In this document: in pieces, positions 9,818 to 19,077 of the stretch
Layout: every line of letters begins with the position of its first letter
How positions within the stretch are numbered: position 1 is the first letter of the stretch
Assembly (NCBI GenBank): GCA_944390005.1
Contig: CALXOJ010000001.1
Location: 144,363 to 208,362, forward strand
Length of the DNA stretch: 64,000 bases
Source: an uncultured Spirochaetota bacterium
Lineage (GTDB): Bacteria > Spirochaetota > Spirochaetia > JAFGXN01
Direction of reading: 5' to 3'
Program-made: the position numbers and the translations under genes
The notes under the pieces: generated by a model
Database searches by the model: none
Seen by the model: the letters and a program-made list of their open reading frames with translations, nothing else
What the model was told of the DNA's origin: nothing

Positions 9818-12709
9818 TTACAGCCGGACGGCGCGCAGCGGCTTCCGGATTGCTTCGTTCCGCAGCAGAGACAGCGCCGAAGCGATGTCAAGCGAAAAGT
9901 ACGGTTTGAGATCTTCCCGAATATCGAAAACGACACCGGCTGAGGTCGGAATTCGGCAGGAAACGCCGACGGTCAACGGAAAAACTGCCTGAGCAAACCC
10001 GATTTGAATGTTTAATTCTCCGCCAAGATAGACGTAATTACCGAACGCCGCCGTTTGTTCGATCGTATTAAAATTCGCATAAATTTGCGTAAACAAAGCG
10101 CCCGAAAACGAGTGAAGGGCCAATGTTGCGAACAGCGGCGCGTCAACGATCGCAATCGGAAACTGGTACCCGAACGATGCGCTTAAAGCGGCGGTTGTGT
10201 TTCGATCTTCGTATTCAAAGCCTCGCAGCAGCAATTGATGAGTCTGATTGACTTCCGTTGATGCGGAAAAGCAGATCTCTGAAAAAAACGAGTGCGCGCC
10301 GACAATGGGAATCGTTCCCATTACAGCAAAGACGCCCAGAAAAACCGGCTCTTCGATTTCTCCGATCGGCAACAAAACCGAGGAGTTGAACCCCGCGTAG
10401 ACGTACTGCGCCAGCGACGGATAACCGCGGAATCCGCTGTGCCATGAATATTGAAAATCGATATTTTGATTGGAGTAGAGAAAGTGCTCCGATTCAATGC
10501 CTCCGGCAGCGGCATTTGCCATTCCGAATGCGTGAAACGGTTCAGCCGCCGTCATTGTCCAATAGTGAGTCAATCCGCCGCCGATCTCTGCATGCCACTG
10601 ACGGTTGGCGAGGGATCGGGTAAAAAGCGGAACCGAGACCGACAGCGTTTGTGAGAATTCCTGACGGTATTCGGATCCTGTTTCATCCTCGAACAAATTG
10701 CCGCCGTTGAGCAGCGAATAAGAAAATTTCAGTATCGAAGCCTCAAACGCGGCGTCAAGAAAAACAGAGGGCTGAAAAACCGAATTCCCTTCAGCCTCAA
10801 ACGGAAACGACGTCATAAAAAAAACGGAATCGTTTTTGACAACCGATTGGGCGTACATCAGAAATCCGAAACCGAGCGGATTGGCAAAGCCTCCGACCGG
10901 AGAATAATTGATCGGAAACGGTGTCCATCCGACAAATTGAGCCGAGTCGATGTATCTTTTGACAGTCAACGATACGCCTGGAAGGGAGGCCGGATCGGGA
11001 ACCGTCGGCTCAACCGCTGTCGGTTGGACGGTTACAGTGAGCGCCAGCGTTTCGGGCGCAGCGGCGGTCTCCTCGGCAATTTTTATGACATAGCCGTCAG
11101 ACGCGTAAGACTGGTAGTAAAATCGGCCGCCGTATCGGATACCTGCCAAAACACCGATGCGATCGGAGAGCCGTTTGACGGCTTCACCTCCGTTTTTGGG
11201 ATTCCGTTCGAACAGTTCGAGCGATCCGCTGCCGTCTCCGATAAAAAACAGCGACCCGTTTTGATCAAACTCCGGGTAATAAAGCATTCCGCCGTTTTCC
11301 GCCGTCAAGAATTCGACAGTTTGTGACTCCCGATCGAGCACGGCAACGGATTGGACTCCCGCACGGTTGTACGCAAACGCAATCAGGCGGCTGTCCGGCG
11401 AAACGGTCGGATGAAAGACGTTGACTTCACCGCCGTCGAAGAGCGTTTGAACGGCTCCCGTTTTGAGATCAACCGACACAAGACGCGAATACGGTCCGTC
11501 CGTTTGAACGGCGGCAGCTGTGTTTTCGTCGATGTACGCCGGTTGGAAAAGCCGAGCGTTTTTTGTAATCCGCCGCGTTTTTCCGCTTTCGGCACACCAT
11601 TCAAACAAGTCGGCGACCGAATGAGGATGACCTTCGACGGCGTAGTCAATTTCATAGCCCGAATAAAGAATACGGCTGCCGTCAAAAAGAGCGTCGTAAT
11701 CGTTTGCGTTGGTCAGGGAGGCAAACGCAATCGGCTGTTCGGCTCCCGTATCGGGATCCAAAAAAACGAAGCGGGACGGATTTTCGTTCGAAGCGTTCTG
11801 ATAGGAGAGAATGCCTTGGATAGTCGCTACGGGGCGGCCGTAATCGATGCGGACGCCTTTTGAGAACCGTTCGCCGAGAGGCAGATCATAGAGCGGTTCA
11901 AATCGCTCCGAGTAAAACCGAATCATGTCGCGGTAAAGCGTTTCTGTCGGTTTTCCCGTAACAATTTCAAAAGCCCGATACGGTGCCAGCGGATTCTTTT
12001 CCATTTGCCGGTAGAATCGCGCCATGACATCGTCGCCGTAAGTTTCAAAGAGATAATTGATCATCATATAACCGACGACGTAAATTCTTCCGTAAGGCTG
12101 AATGTACGGATTGTAAGCTGCCTGCTTGAGCGACGGCATGGCGTTTTCCGTTATTTGAGCGCGATAAATCATTTCAAAATAAGGATTTCGCCCCCTTCCG
12201 CCTTTTGAAAAACGGGTTTCGGTGTACGTTGTGATTCCTTCGATGACCCAACCGGGTTGAAAGACGGACGGAGCCGGACGCAAAATCGGACCGAAAAATT
12301 TTGACAGTTCATAAAGCCATCCGCTTTCCGGTGACATAGAGATATAGTGCGTCAGTTCATGGGTAAAAAGCGATCGCAGCCAATTTTCGGTCCGTGCGCC
12401 GAGAAAAAAATCCCGCGGCGATGTGACGTAGAGATTCAGATATTCGGGAACGGGGTAGTAGCTTCCGTTGGCTTGATTGACGTCGCTGTGGATAACGACT
12501 TTGATTTGCCGCGGTCGATTTTCCAGCAATCCGGCCAAATTTTCGTAAACCTCTTCAGAAAACGATGCAATTTCCCGCGCCCACCGTTCGTTGTCTTTCT
12601 CGAAAATAAAAACGAAGTGTTCCGTTTCAATTTGATAACGGGAAACGGACCATGCGGAAAGAGCGGAAGTCAGAAAAATTGCGATTAAAAAGAGACGGAA
12701 GAGCTTCAT
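9818..12709 (-). CDS. large exported protein: N-terminal HExxH (gluzincin-like) domain + TolB-like beta-propeller + C-terminal beta-rich (barrel-like) region
   Basis: 963 aa with a signal peptide. FTHELTHYIS...WVIEGITTY gives HExxH plus a downstream Glu. PDSRLIAFAYNRAGVQSVAVLD-type propeller blades follow. The Gly/aromatic-rich C-terminal 400 aa ends in an aromatic residue. Confidence 0.6.
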   Translation of the reverse strand: MKLFRLFLIAIFLTSALSAWSVSRYQIETEHFVFIFEKDNERWAREIASFSEEVYENLAGLLENRPRQIKVVIHSDVNQANGSYYPVPEYLNLYVTSPRDFFLGARTENWLRSLFTHELTHYISMSPESGWLYELSKFFGPILRPAPSVFQPGWVIEGITTYTETRFSKGGRGRNPYFEMIYRAQITENAMPSLKQAAYNPYIQPYGRIYVVGYMMINYLFETYGDDVMARFYRQMEKNPLAPYRAFEIVTGKPTETLYRDMIRFYSERFEPLYDLPLGERFSKGVRIDYGRPVATIQGILSYQNASNENPSRFVFLDPDTGAEQPIAFASLTNANDYDALFDGSRILYSGYEIDYAVEGHPHSVADLFEWCAESGKTRRITKNARLFQPAYIDENTAAAVQTDGPYSRLVSVDLKTGAVQTLFDGGEVNVFHPTVSPDSRLIAFAYNRAGVQSVAVLDRESQTVEFLTAENGGMLYYPEFDQNGSLFFIGDGSGSLELFERNPKNGGEAVKRLSDRIGVLAGIRYGGRFYYQSYASDGYVIKIAEETAAAPETLALTVTVQPTAVEPTVPDPASLPGVSLTVKRYIDSAQFVGWTPFPINYSPVGGFANPLGFGFLMYAQSVVKNDSVFFMTSFPFEAEGNSVFQPSVFLDAAFEASILKFSYSLLNGGNLFEDETGSEYRQEFSQTLSVSVPLFTRSLANRQWHAEIGGGLTHYWTMTAAEPFHAFGMANAAAGGIESEHFLYSNQNIDFQYSWHSGFRGYPSLAQYVYAGFNSSVLLPIGEIEEPVFLGVFAVMGTIPIVGAHSFFSEICFSASTEVNQTHQLLLRGFEYEDRNTTAALSASFGYQFPIAIVDAPLFATLALHSFSGALFTQIYANFNTIEQTAAFGNYVYLGGELNIQIGFAQAVFPLTVGVSCRIPTSAGVVFDIREDLKPYFSLDIASALSLLRNEAIRKPLRAVRL

Positions 12710-12859
12710 TTTTTCAGTTTACAGTCTTTTTTTAAAAAAATCCAGATGAAATTTTCGAAGAATGCCGATATTTAAAAAAGAAGATTATAATTATTAAAAT
12801 TTAAAAGATAATTGTACTTTTTTTCATTATTATGATAGAATAGCAGAGGGAAGGCAAAT

Positions 12860-13177
12860 ATGACAAGTTATTCAGAAAAAGGAAAAGAAGTTTTAAATAG
12901 ATCGGGATTGTTTCCCGATTATGATGCGGCTTTTTGGTATTTTCTGAAAGGCGCGCAATCCGGTGAAAAAGACGCATTTTTCATGTTGGCTGAATGTTAT
13001 TTTCACGGTCTGGGAACGGATAAGGACTTGGACAAAGCGGATGTCTTCTATCACCTTGCAGAAAAGGCAGGCTGTAAAGTCGATCACATTATTTATGAAA
13101 AGATCGAAAACGGCGGCCGCAATTTGACGCAGGAAGAAATCGATAAAATTGTTGCTGAATTTTATTGCGCCGGGTGA
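12860..13177 (+). CDS. Sel1-like (TPR-family) repeat protein, small
   Basis: AECYFHGLGTDKDLDKA and LKGAQSGEKDAFFMLA match the Sel1 repeat consensus. Own AT-rich promoter region with an extended -10 (tgaTAGAAT). Confidence 0.6.
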   Translation: MTSYSEKGKEVLNRSGLFPDYDAAFWYFLKGAQSGEKDAFFMLAECYFHGLGTDKDLDKADVFYHLAEKAGCKVDHIIYEKIENGGRNLTQEEIDKIVAEFYCAG

Positions 13178-14578
13178 TTACAAAAGATTTTTCCCCAACA
13201 GCCGTTTTAACCGCTCTCGATCTTCTTTAACAAAAATATTTTTTTCATGAAACGGAAGAACCGTTCCGATGGGACCGTTCTTCGCTCTCCGTAAATACTT
13301 CACCTGCGTGCAGTACAAATCGGCTGCCGCATGGTTTTTGGCTTTACTGAACCATTTTGCCAATTGCGCTGCGTCAAGAAGAACTTCTTGAGGAACGGTT
13401 TCTTTTTTCCCATTTTTGATGAAAACATAGCCGCCGGGAACGTCCCGTGTGTGAAGCCACCAATCATTTCCTTTTACATGGAAACGAAGCAGTTCGTCAT
13501 TTTCTTTGCCGCTGCGGCCGACTAAAATCTGCCGATCGCCTGAAATAAAAGTCGGAAAGCCTGCGGCGAGTTTCTTTTCGGTCGTGTTGAGATGTGTTTT
13601 TTTCAGTGGACCGTGTTGTAAAATTTCCTCGTCGGCGGCGGTTTCGAAAAAAGAGAGCTCTGTTTTGAGGGCGGCAGCTTCGGTTTGAATTTCGTTGAGG
13701 CGCAGAGCAGTCGCGGCCGCGGCGGCTTTTTTCTTTTTGTACCGTTTATAATATTCCCGACTGTTTTCAACCGATGTCAACCGCGGATCGAGAGTGATTT
13801 CCGTTTTATGTCCGTCGGGGGTTTCGACTGTAACGGAAGCGGCTCCGGCCGGCTGCGGCGGTAACGAAAGCAGCAGATCGGCTGCCTGTTTTTCCGAGCA
13901 GTGAAGGGCGTCGAATTGCGTTTCAGGCAACAGTTTTTCCGCCAGCCGCCGCAGCTGTTCGAGACGCGCTTCCACCGGGGTTTTCAGCTCCGAGCGCAGC
14001 CGTTCGACATCCGGCGTCGGCGTTGTCTTTCGACCGTAAAAGGCGGCGGCTTGTTCGCCAAAAGTGCCGTCACCGTCAAACGAACGCGGGACGAATTTCC
14101 CGGAATCGGTGCTTGCCGGCGGAAGAATCAGAGGCTCTCCGCCGATTTCTTTTTTGTTCGGACGACGGTAAAACGCATCGAGAATGGTTCCTTTTTCATC
14201 TACGGCGAGAATGTTGGCAGCCCCCGACCACAGACGGACGTATAAATTCGAGACGGTTCCGCCCCGAACGATTTTCAGCCATATAATTCGGTTAAAGTCG
14301 ATTTGGCGGGACTCTTCGATTCTTCCGCCGTCGATGCGGCTTTTGAGAAACTGAACAAAACGCTGCGGTTTGCCGTCAGCGGGCGGCTTCCCCATTATCG
14401 GAAGCACGGCGGTTTTCCCGTGTCCCAAATAAAAACCGACAGAGAATCGCTTATCCCCCGGTCGATACAGCTCAAAAATCAACGATTCGAAATCCGGCTG
14501 ACGGATTTTTTGGATAAAACATCCTTGAAGATTTAATTCCGAGAGGATAAGATCGATTTCAGCGCAGTTGAGAGACAT
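13178..14578 (-). CDS. NFACT-family protein (FbpA/RqcH-like, ribosome quality control) with C-terminal NFACT-R/DUF814
   Basis: GFPTFISGDRQILVGRSGKENDELL...WWLHTRDVPGGYVF is the DUF814 signature, and the N-terminal NFACT-N region is present. Start taken at MSLNCAEIDL; the track ORF begins 18 nt upstream. Confidence 0.75.
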   Translation of the reverse strand: MSLNCAEIDLILSELNLQGCFIQKIRQPDFESLIFELYRPGDKRFSVGFYLGHGKTAVLPIMGKPPADGKPQRFVQFLKSRIDGGRIEESRQIDFNRIIWLKIVRGGTVSNLYVRLWSGAANILAVDEKGTILDAFYRRPNKKEIGGEPLILPPASTDSGKFVPRSFDGDGTFGEQAAAFYGRKTTPTPDVERLRSELKTPVEARLEQLRRLAEKLLPETQFDALHCSEKQAADLLLSLPPQPAGAASVTVETPDGHKTEITLDPRLTSVENSREYYKRYKKKKAAAAATALRLNEIQTEAAALKTELSFFETAADEEILQHGPLKKTHLNTTEKKLAAGFPTFISGDRQILVGRSGKENDELLRFHVKGNDWWLHTRDVPGGYVFIKNGKKETVPQEVLLDAAQLAKWFSKAKNHAAADLYCTQVKYLRRAKNGPIGTVLPFHEKNIFVKEDRERLKRLLGKNLL

Positions 14579-15632
14579 CGTTGTTCCAGCCGTCAACGGT
14601 GCGGAGAAAGACTTTCATCTCTTCCGGCGTACCGACAGAAATGCGTACGCGATTGCGGGTTTTCGGGAGATCAAAGTATCGCACAAGAATGCCTTCATCT
14701 TTCAGCCGTCGGTAAACGGCTTCTCCCGGCAGCGTCGGATGGGCCGCAAAGAGAAAGTTGGCAAGCGACGGAAGAACATCCCAGCCCCGTTTGCGCAATT
14801 CATCGGCAATCCGTTCCCGTGTTCGGATGACTTCATCGCGGCGTTTTTCAAAATATCCGATGTCGCGAAGGGCATCGACGGCGCACTCCTGAGTAAAGCG
14901 ATTGACTGTATACGAATTGAAGCTGTTTTTTACTTTTTCCAAAGATTGGATGAGCTTGGGATTGCCGACGGCGTACCCGAGGCGCAATCCGGCCAGCGAA
15001 CGGCTTTTCGAAAAGGTTCCGGTAATCAGTAAATTCTCGAATTCTCCGGTTAATTCGACGGCACTCTCTCCGCCGAAATCGATGTATGCTTCGTCTATGA
15101 TGACAATGCGGTCTTTCGGCCGTGCAGTCAAAATACGGCGGATGGTTTTTCTGTCGACGGCAATTCCGGTCGGTGCGTTCGGATTAGGGAAAATAACGCC
15201 GGCGTCGGCTTTTGATTCCGTAAAAGATGAAAAGTCGATCGATAAATCGTTGTTGACGGCTGTTTCTCGGAACGGAAGACCGTAAAAGCGGCAGTAAACC
15301 GGGTAAAAGCTGTAGGTCACTTCGGGAAAGAGGACAGGACCGTTATCCGCGTCAAAAAAGGCAGCAAACGCAAACGAAAGCACTTCATCGCTGCCGTTGC
15401 CGGTAAAGATGTGAGACGGCGGTACCCGCAGCGTATCGGCGAGCGCTTCTTTCAAAACTCGGCAGTCCGGGTCCGGATAGAGGCGGAAGTCTTCGGCATT
15501 GATTTTCTTTTTCTGAATCTTCGGACACGGCGGATACGGATTTTCGTTCGTATTGAGCTTGATGTATTTTTTGTCCCGCGGCTGTTCCCCGGGCGTGTAG
15601 GCCGTCAGCCGGGCAAGGAGTCTTGATTCCAT
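14559..15632 (-). CDS. hisC: histidinol-phosphate aminotransferase (class II PLP aminotransferase)
   Basis: MESRLLARLTAYTPGEQP...IKLNTNENPYPP and the YAVGNPKLI...KNSFN lysine region. Confidence 0.9.
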   Translation of the reverse strand: MESRLLARLTAYTPGEQPRDKKYIKLNTNENPYPPCPKIQKKKINAEDFRLYPDPDCRVLKEALADTLRVPPSHIFTGNGSDEVLSFAFAAFFDADNGPVLFPEVTYSFYPVYCRFYGLPFRETAVNNDLSIDFSSFTESKADAGVIFPNPNAPTGIAVDRKTIRRILTARPKDRIVIIDEAYIDFGGESAVELTGEFENLLITGTFSKSRSLAGLRLGYAVGNPKLIQSLEKVKNSFNSYTVNRFTQECAVDALRDIGYFEKRRDEVIRTRERIADELRKRGWDVLPSLANFLFAAHPTLPGEAVYRRLKDEGILVRYFDLPKTRNRVRISVGTPEEMKVFLRTVDGWNNDVSQLR

Positions 15633-16984
15633 TCGGATGCCTCCTGTAAAAAGCGGGAAATCAGGTAAAACGATCCGGTAATTAAAATTCCTCCGTCTTC
15701 GAGATTTCTTTTCTTTTTTCCCAGAATTTCTTTTGCACTTTGCAGCGCTTTATCAGGATCCGGTTCGAAAACCGTTTTTTTGTTGACAGCGGAAAAAATC
15801 CGGTAATCGCGTTCTCCTCCGCCGGAACGGAATCCTTCGAATTTTGTGACGATGACGGAGGAAAAGAGCTTTCCGATAGCGTTTGCCATCTCTTCGACGT
15901 CTTTGTCGGGAGCGGCGGCAAAAATCAGAATTCGTTTGCCTTTTACGATTTTTTTAAAAGTTTCGGCGGTATATTTTGCGGAATTTTTGGTGTGCGCCGG
16001 GTCTGCGATCACGAGCGGTTTTTCGCCGATAATCTGAAAATGTCCGGGAACCTCCGTTTTTAAAAGAGCCGAGTGAATATGTTTCGGTAAAACGTTTTCG
16101 ATGAAATCGAGGTGAGAAAGCTGACGGACAGCGAGAGCGGCTGTAACGGCGTCTTTGGCAAACACATCGCCGATGTTTGCGAGCGTAAACGTCTCCGTCG
16201 GTCCGAAGTTCGGTTCAACGATGACCTTTGTTCCTGAGAGAGAAATTTCGGTTTCGATTTTTTTGATGGAATCGGAGAGATAGGAAATTTCGCTGTTTTT
16301 TTCAAATGCGATTTGATTGAGAACCGCTTTAACCTCTTCTTCCTGATCGACGGATTGAACCGGCACGTTGGCTTTGATGATTCCGCCTTTTTCGGCAGCA
16401 ATTTTTGCCAAAGAATTGCCGAGCACCGCGGTGTGTTCCTTTTCGATTAATGTGAGAATGGAAAGCCGCGGGACGATGACGTTAGTCGCATCAAGGCGGC
16501 CGCCCAAACCGGTCTCAATAACAGCGTAATCGCATTTTTCATCCCGAAAAACCAAAAACGCGCACAGTGTCAGCAATTCGAAAACAGTCGGCGGAAAAGC
16601 CGCGAACGCTTCTGTTTTCAAAATCGCCGCTTTCTTGGCTTTGATGCTCTTGACGGCTTTGATGTAAGCGCTGTCGGAAAAAAAGCAGCCGTTGAGTGTG
16701 ATGCGTTCGCGGTAATCTTTCAAGTGCGGAGAGGTGTAAAGTCCGGTTTTCACTCCGCATTCCGAAAGAATGGATGCTGCGTAACGTGCTGTTGTGCTTT
16801 TCCCTTTGGATCCGGCGATGTGAACCGATCGAAAGCTTTTCTGAGGATCTTTGAAGATGCGGCAAAGCGTCTCCATTCGTTCAAGGCGATAAGAACGGTC
16901 GTCGCAGACGCCGATTTTTTCATTGTTATAGAAAGATTCAATCCATTTAAACGCATCGTCTGCGGTGAGAAATTGAGCGGGCAT
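15605..16984 (-). CDS. folC: folylpolyglutamate synthase/dihydrofolate synthase (Mur ligase family)
   Basis: HIAGSKGKSTT P-loop and Mur-ligase middle and C-terminal domains. The ATG lies 1 nt after the hisD stop, with an AGGAAA ribosome-binding site inside the hisD 3' end. Confidence 0.85.
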   Translation of the reverse strand: MPAQFLTADDAFKWIESFYNNEKIGVCDDRSYRLERMETLCRIFKDPQKSFRSVHIAGSKGKSTTARYAASILSECGVKTGLYTSPHLKDYRERITLNGCFFSDSAYIKAVKSIKAKKAAILKTEAFAAFPPTVFELLTLCAFLVFRDEKCDYAVIETGLGGRLDATNVIVPRLSILTLIEKEHTAVLGNSLAKIAAEKGGIIKANVPVQSVDQEEEVKAVLNQIAFEKNSEISYLSDSIKKIETEISLSGTKVIVEPNFGPTETFTLANIGDVFAKDAVTAALAVRQLSHLDFIENVLPKHIHSALLKTEVPGHFQIIGEKPLVIADPAHTKNSAKYTAETFKKIVKGKRILIFAAAPDKDVEEMANAIGKLFSSVIVTKFEGFRSGGGERDYRIFSAVNKKTVFEPDPDKALQSAKEILGKKKRNLEDGGILITGSFYLISRFLQEASEWNQDSLPG

Positions 16985-16985
16985 A

Positions 16986-18302
16986 TTATTTCCTTCTAAG
17001 GTGAAATGCGTTTGCGTGAGCGGCGAATCCCTCATATTCGGCGATAACGGGAACGATGTTTTTTAACGCGGAAAATCCGGTTTCATTCGTATAAATGATG
17101 GAAGAGTATTTGACAAAATCGCGTACTGAAACGCCGGAAAAGGTTTTGGCGCTGCCTCCCGTCGGTAAAACGGCGTTTGGACCGATGGAGTAATTGGCTG
17201 CCGAAAACGGTGTCTGTTCGCCGATGATGATTTCTCCCGCATTGCGGATTTTTGCTTCGACGGCAAAGCTGTCGGCGGCAACGATTTTTAAGTGCTCGGT
17301 TGCCAAACGGTTGGCGATGGAGACAGCTTCGTCCATCGTTTCGGTTTGAATGATTCCGCCGTAGCCGGAAAGGACAGCCGACACAAATTCCCTTCTTTGC
17401 GGCGGCAGTTTTTCGATGAGAGGCGGCAGTTCGGCAGCAACAGCGGCGGCTAGTTCAGCGGACGGTGTAATCAGCAGTGCCGAAGAGTCGCTTCCGTGTT
17501 CGGCTTCCGTGAGCAGATCCAATGCAGCAGTGAACGGATCGGCGGTTCCATCTGCCAGTAAAATCGATTCGGAAGGACCGGCAGGCAAACCGACATCGAC
17601 AACGCCGTAAAGCAGCTGCTTGGCCGCGGTGACATAACGGCTTCCCGGTCCGGTCAATTTGACAACCGGTGCAATCGATTCGGTTCCGTATGCAAGGGCT
17701 GCGATAGCTTGTGCGCCGCCGACGCGGTAAACTTCACTGACGCCGCACTTTGCGGCAGCGTAAAGACACGCCGGATCGACAGATCCGTCGGCGGCTGGCG
17801 GCGTAACGACGCAGATGCGCTCCACTCCGGCGACAAGAGCCGGGACTGCCGTCATATAAAGCATCGACGGAAAACTGCCGCGCCCTCGAGGGACGTAAAT
17901 TCCGAGAGATTCAATCGGGGTAACCTTTTCACCCGCAAAAATTCCCGGTGAAATTTCAAACGGTTCGATTCCGTGCGGTTTTTGTCTTTCATGAAAACGG
18001 CGGACGTTTTCAATGGAAAAATCGAGTGCTTGTTTCAGCTCTTTCGACAGTAAAGAAGAAGCGTTCTCGAATTCCTCCGCCTGCACACGCAGCGGCTGCG
18101 ATCCCAAATCAACATGATCCCATTGCTGCGAAAAACGGAGCAATGCCGAGTCGCCGGAACAGCGTACTTCATCGATGATTTTCTGCACCGCCGGCAAAAC
18201 TTCGCGAATGTCAGTCTGCGATCGGCTGAAAATTTTTTCTTTTTCTGATTCGCTTAAAGAGTTCCATAAAAAACGATTAATGCGCATATTTGACTTTATC
18301 AT
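16986..18302 (-). CDS. hisD: histidinol dehydrogenase
   Basis: 438 aa with conserved HisD blocks (…GGAQAIAALAYGTESI…, HLKIV…). Confidence 0.95.
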   Translation of the reverse strand: MIKSNMRINRFLWNSLSESEKEKIFSRSQTDIREVLPAVQKIIDEVRCSGDSALLRFSQQWDHVDLGSQPLRVQAEEFENASSLLSKELKQALDFSIENVRRFHERQKPHGIEPFEISPGIFAGEKVTPIESLGIYVPRGRGSFPSMLYMTAVPALVAGVERICVVTPPAADGSVDPACLYAAAKCGVSEVYRVGGAQAIAALAYGTESIAPVVKLTGPGSRYVTAAKQLLYGVVDVGLPAGPSESILLADGTADPFTAALDLLTEAEHGSDSSALLITPSAELAAAVAAELPPLIEKLPPQRREFVSAVLSGYGGIIQTETMDEAVSIANRLATEHLKIVAADSFAVEAKIRNAGEIIIGEQTPFSAANYSIGPNAVLPTGGSAKTFSGVSVRDFVKYSSIIYTNETGFSALKNIVPVIAEYEGFAAHANAFHLRRK

Positions 18303-18353
18303 TTTAAACGAGTTGATTCAATGCAAAGCGGAACGTTTGTGACGATTTCATCT

Positions 18354-18968
18354 TTATTTAATCGTTTTCAAAAAATCGATCCACTCTTTTGTCGAAGCAG
18401 GACACATGGTCTGCCATCCCGCCTTTTCAGCCTGCCGGCAATTCTCTTCGGAGTCGTCGATAAACAGAATGTCATGCGGGTTGAGTTTCAGCTGCCGTTC
18501 AACCTCTTCGTAAATTTCCGGATCCGGTTTGCTTTTTTTCATTTCAAATGAGAGAAAACGTCCGTCAAAATAGCGGCGGAAAACTTCTTCCGTCGGAAAA
18601 TAACGACTGCAAACCCAATTCCAATGAATCGGATTGGAGTTGCTTAAAAGATAGGTTGGTTTTCTGCGGTGAATTTCTTCGACAGCCGCCAGACTCTCCG
18701 GTTTGATGCCGGTTAAAAAACGGCACCAAGTTTTGGCGATTTCTTTGTCGGAGTGCGGCTTCGGCAATCGAGCGCGGATTTGATCAAAAAATTCTTTTTC
18801 ATCAATCAAACCGGCTTCAATTTCAAAGAACGGCCCTTTTTGGCGGTAGCGGTCTGCCATTTGATCGATCTCTTTCAATCCGATTTCCCGAAAACTGTTC
18901 AGATAGATGTCGAAATCGAAGTTTAAAAGCACTCCGCCCATATCGAAAATAACGGTTCGGCACTCCAT
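18354..18968 (-). CDS. HAD-superfamily hydrolase (candidate histidinol-phosphatase)
   Basis: Motif I VIFDMGGVLL, then DxxxN and the C-terminal LFIDDSEEN motif. Co-directional and immediately upstream of hisD. Confidence 0.8.
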   Translation of the reverse strand: MECRTVIFDMGGVLLNFDFDIYLNSFREIGLKEIDQMADRYRQKGPFFEIEAGLIDEKEFFDQIRARLPKPHSDKEIAKTWCRFLTGIKPESLAAVEEIHRRKPTYLLSNSNPIHWNWVCSRYFPTEEVFRRYFDGRFLSFEMKKSKPDPEIYEEVERQLKLNPHDILFIDDSEENCRQAEKAGWQTMCPASTKEWIDFLKTIK

Positions 18969-19077
18969 TGACTCACCTCGAATCCCATTGTATTGAAAGC
19001 CGGAAAAATTTCAATCGCCCGACGAATGCAAAAAGTTTTCATTGCGGTTTTTTGGATTTTATAGTATACTAAATCGT

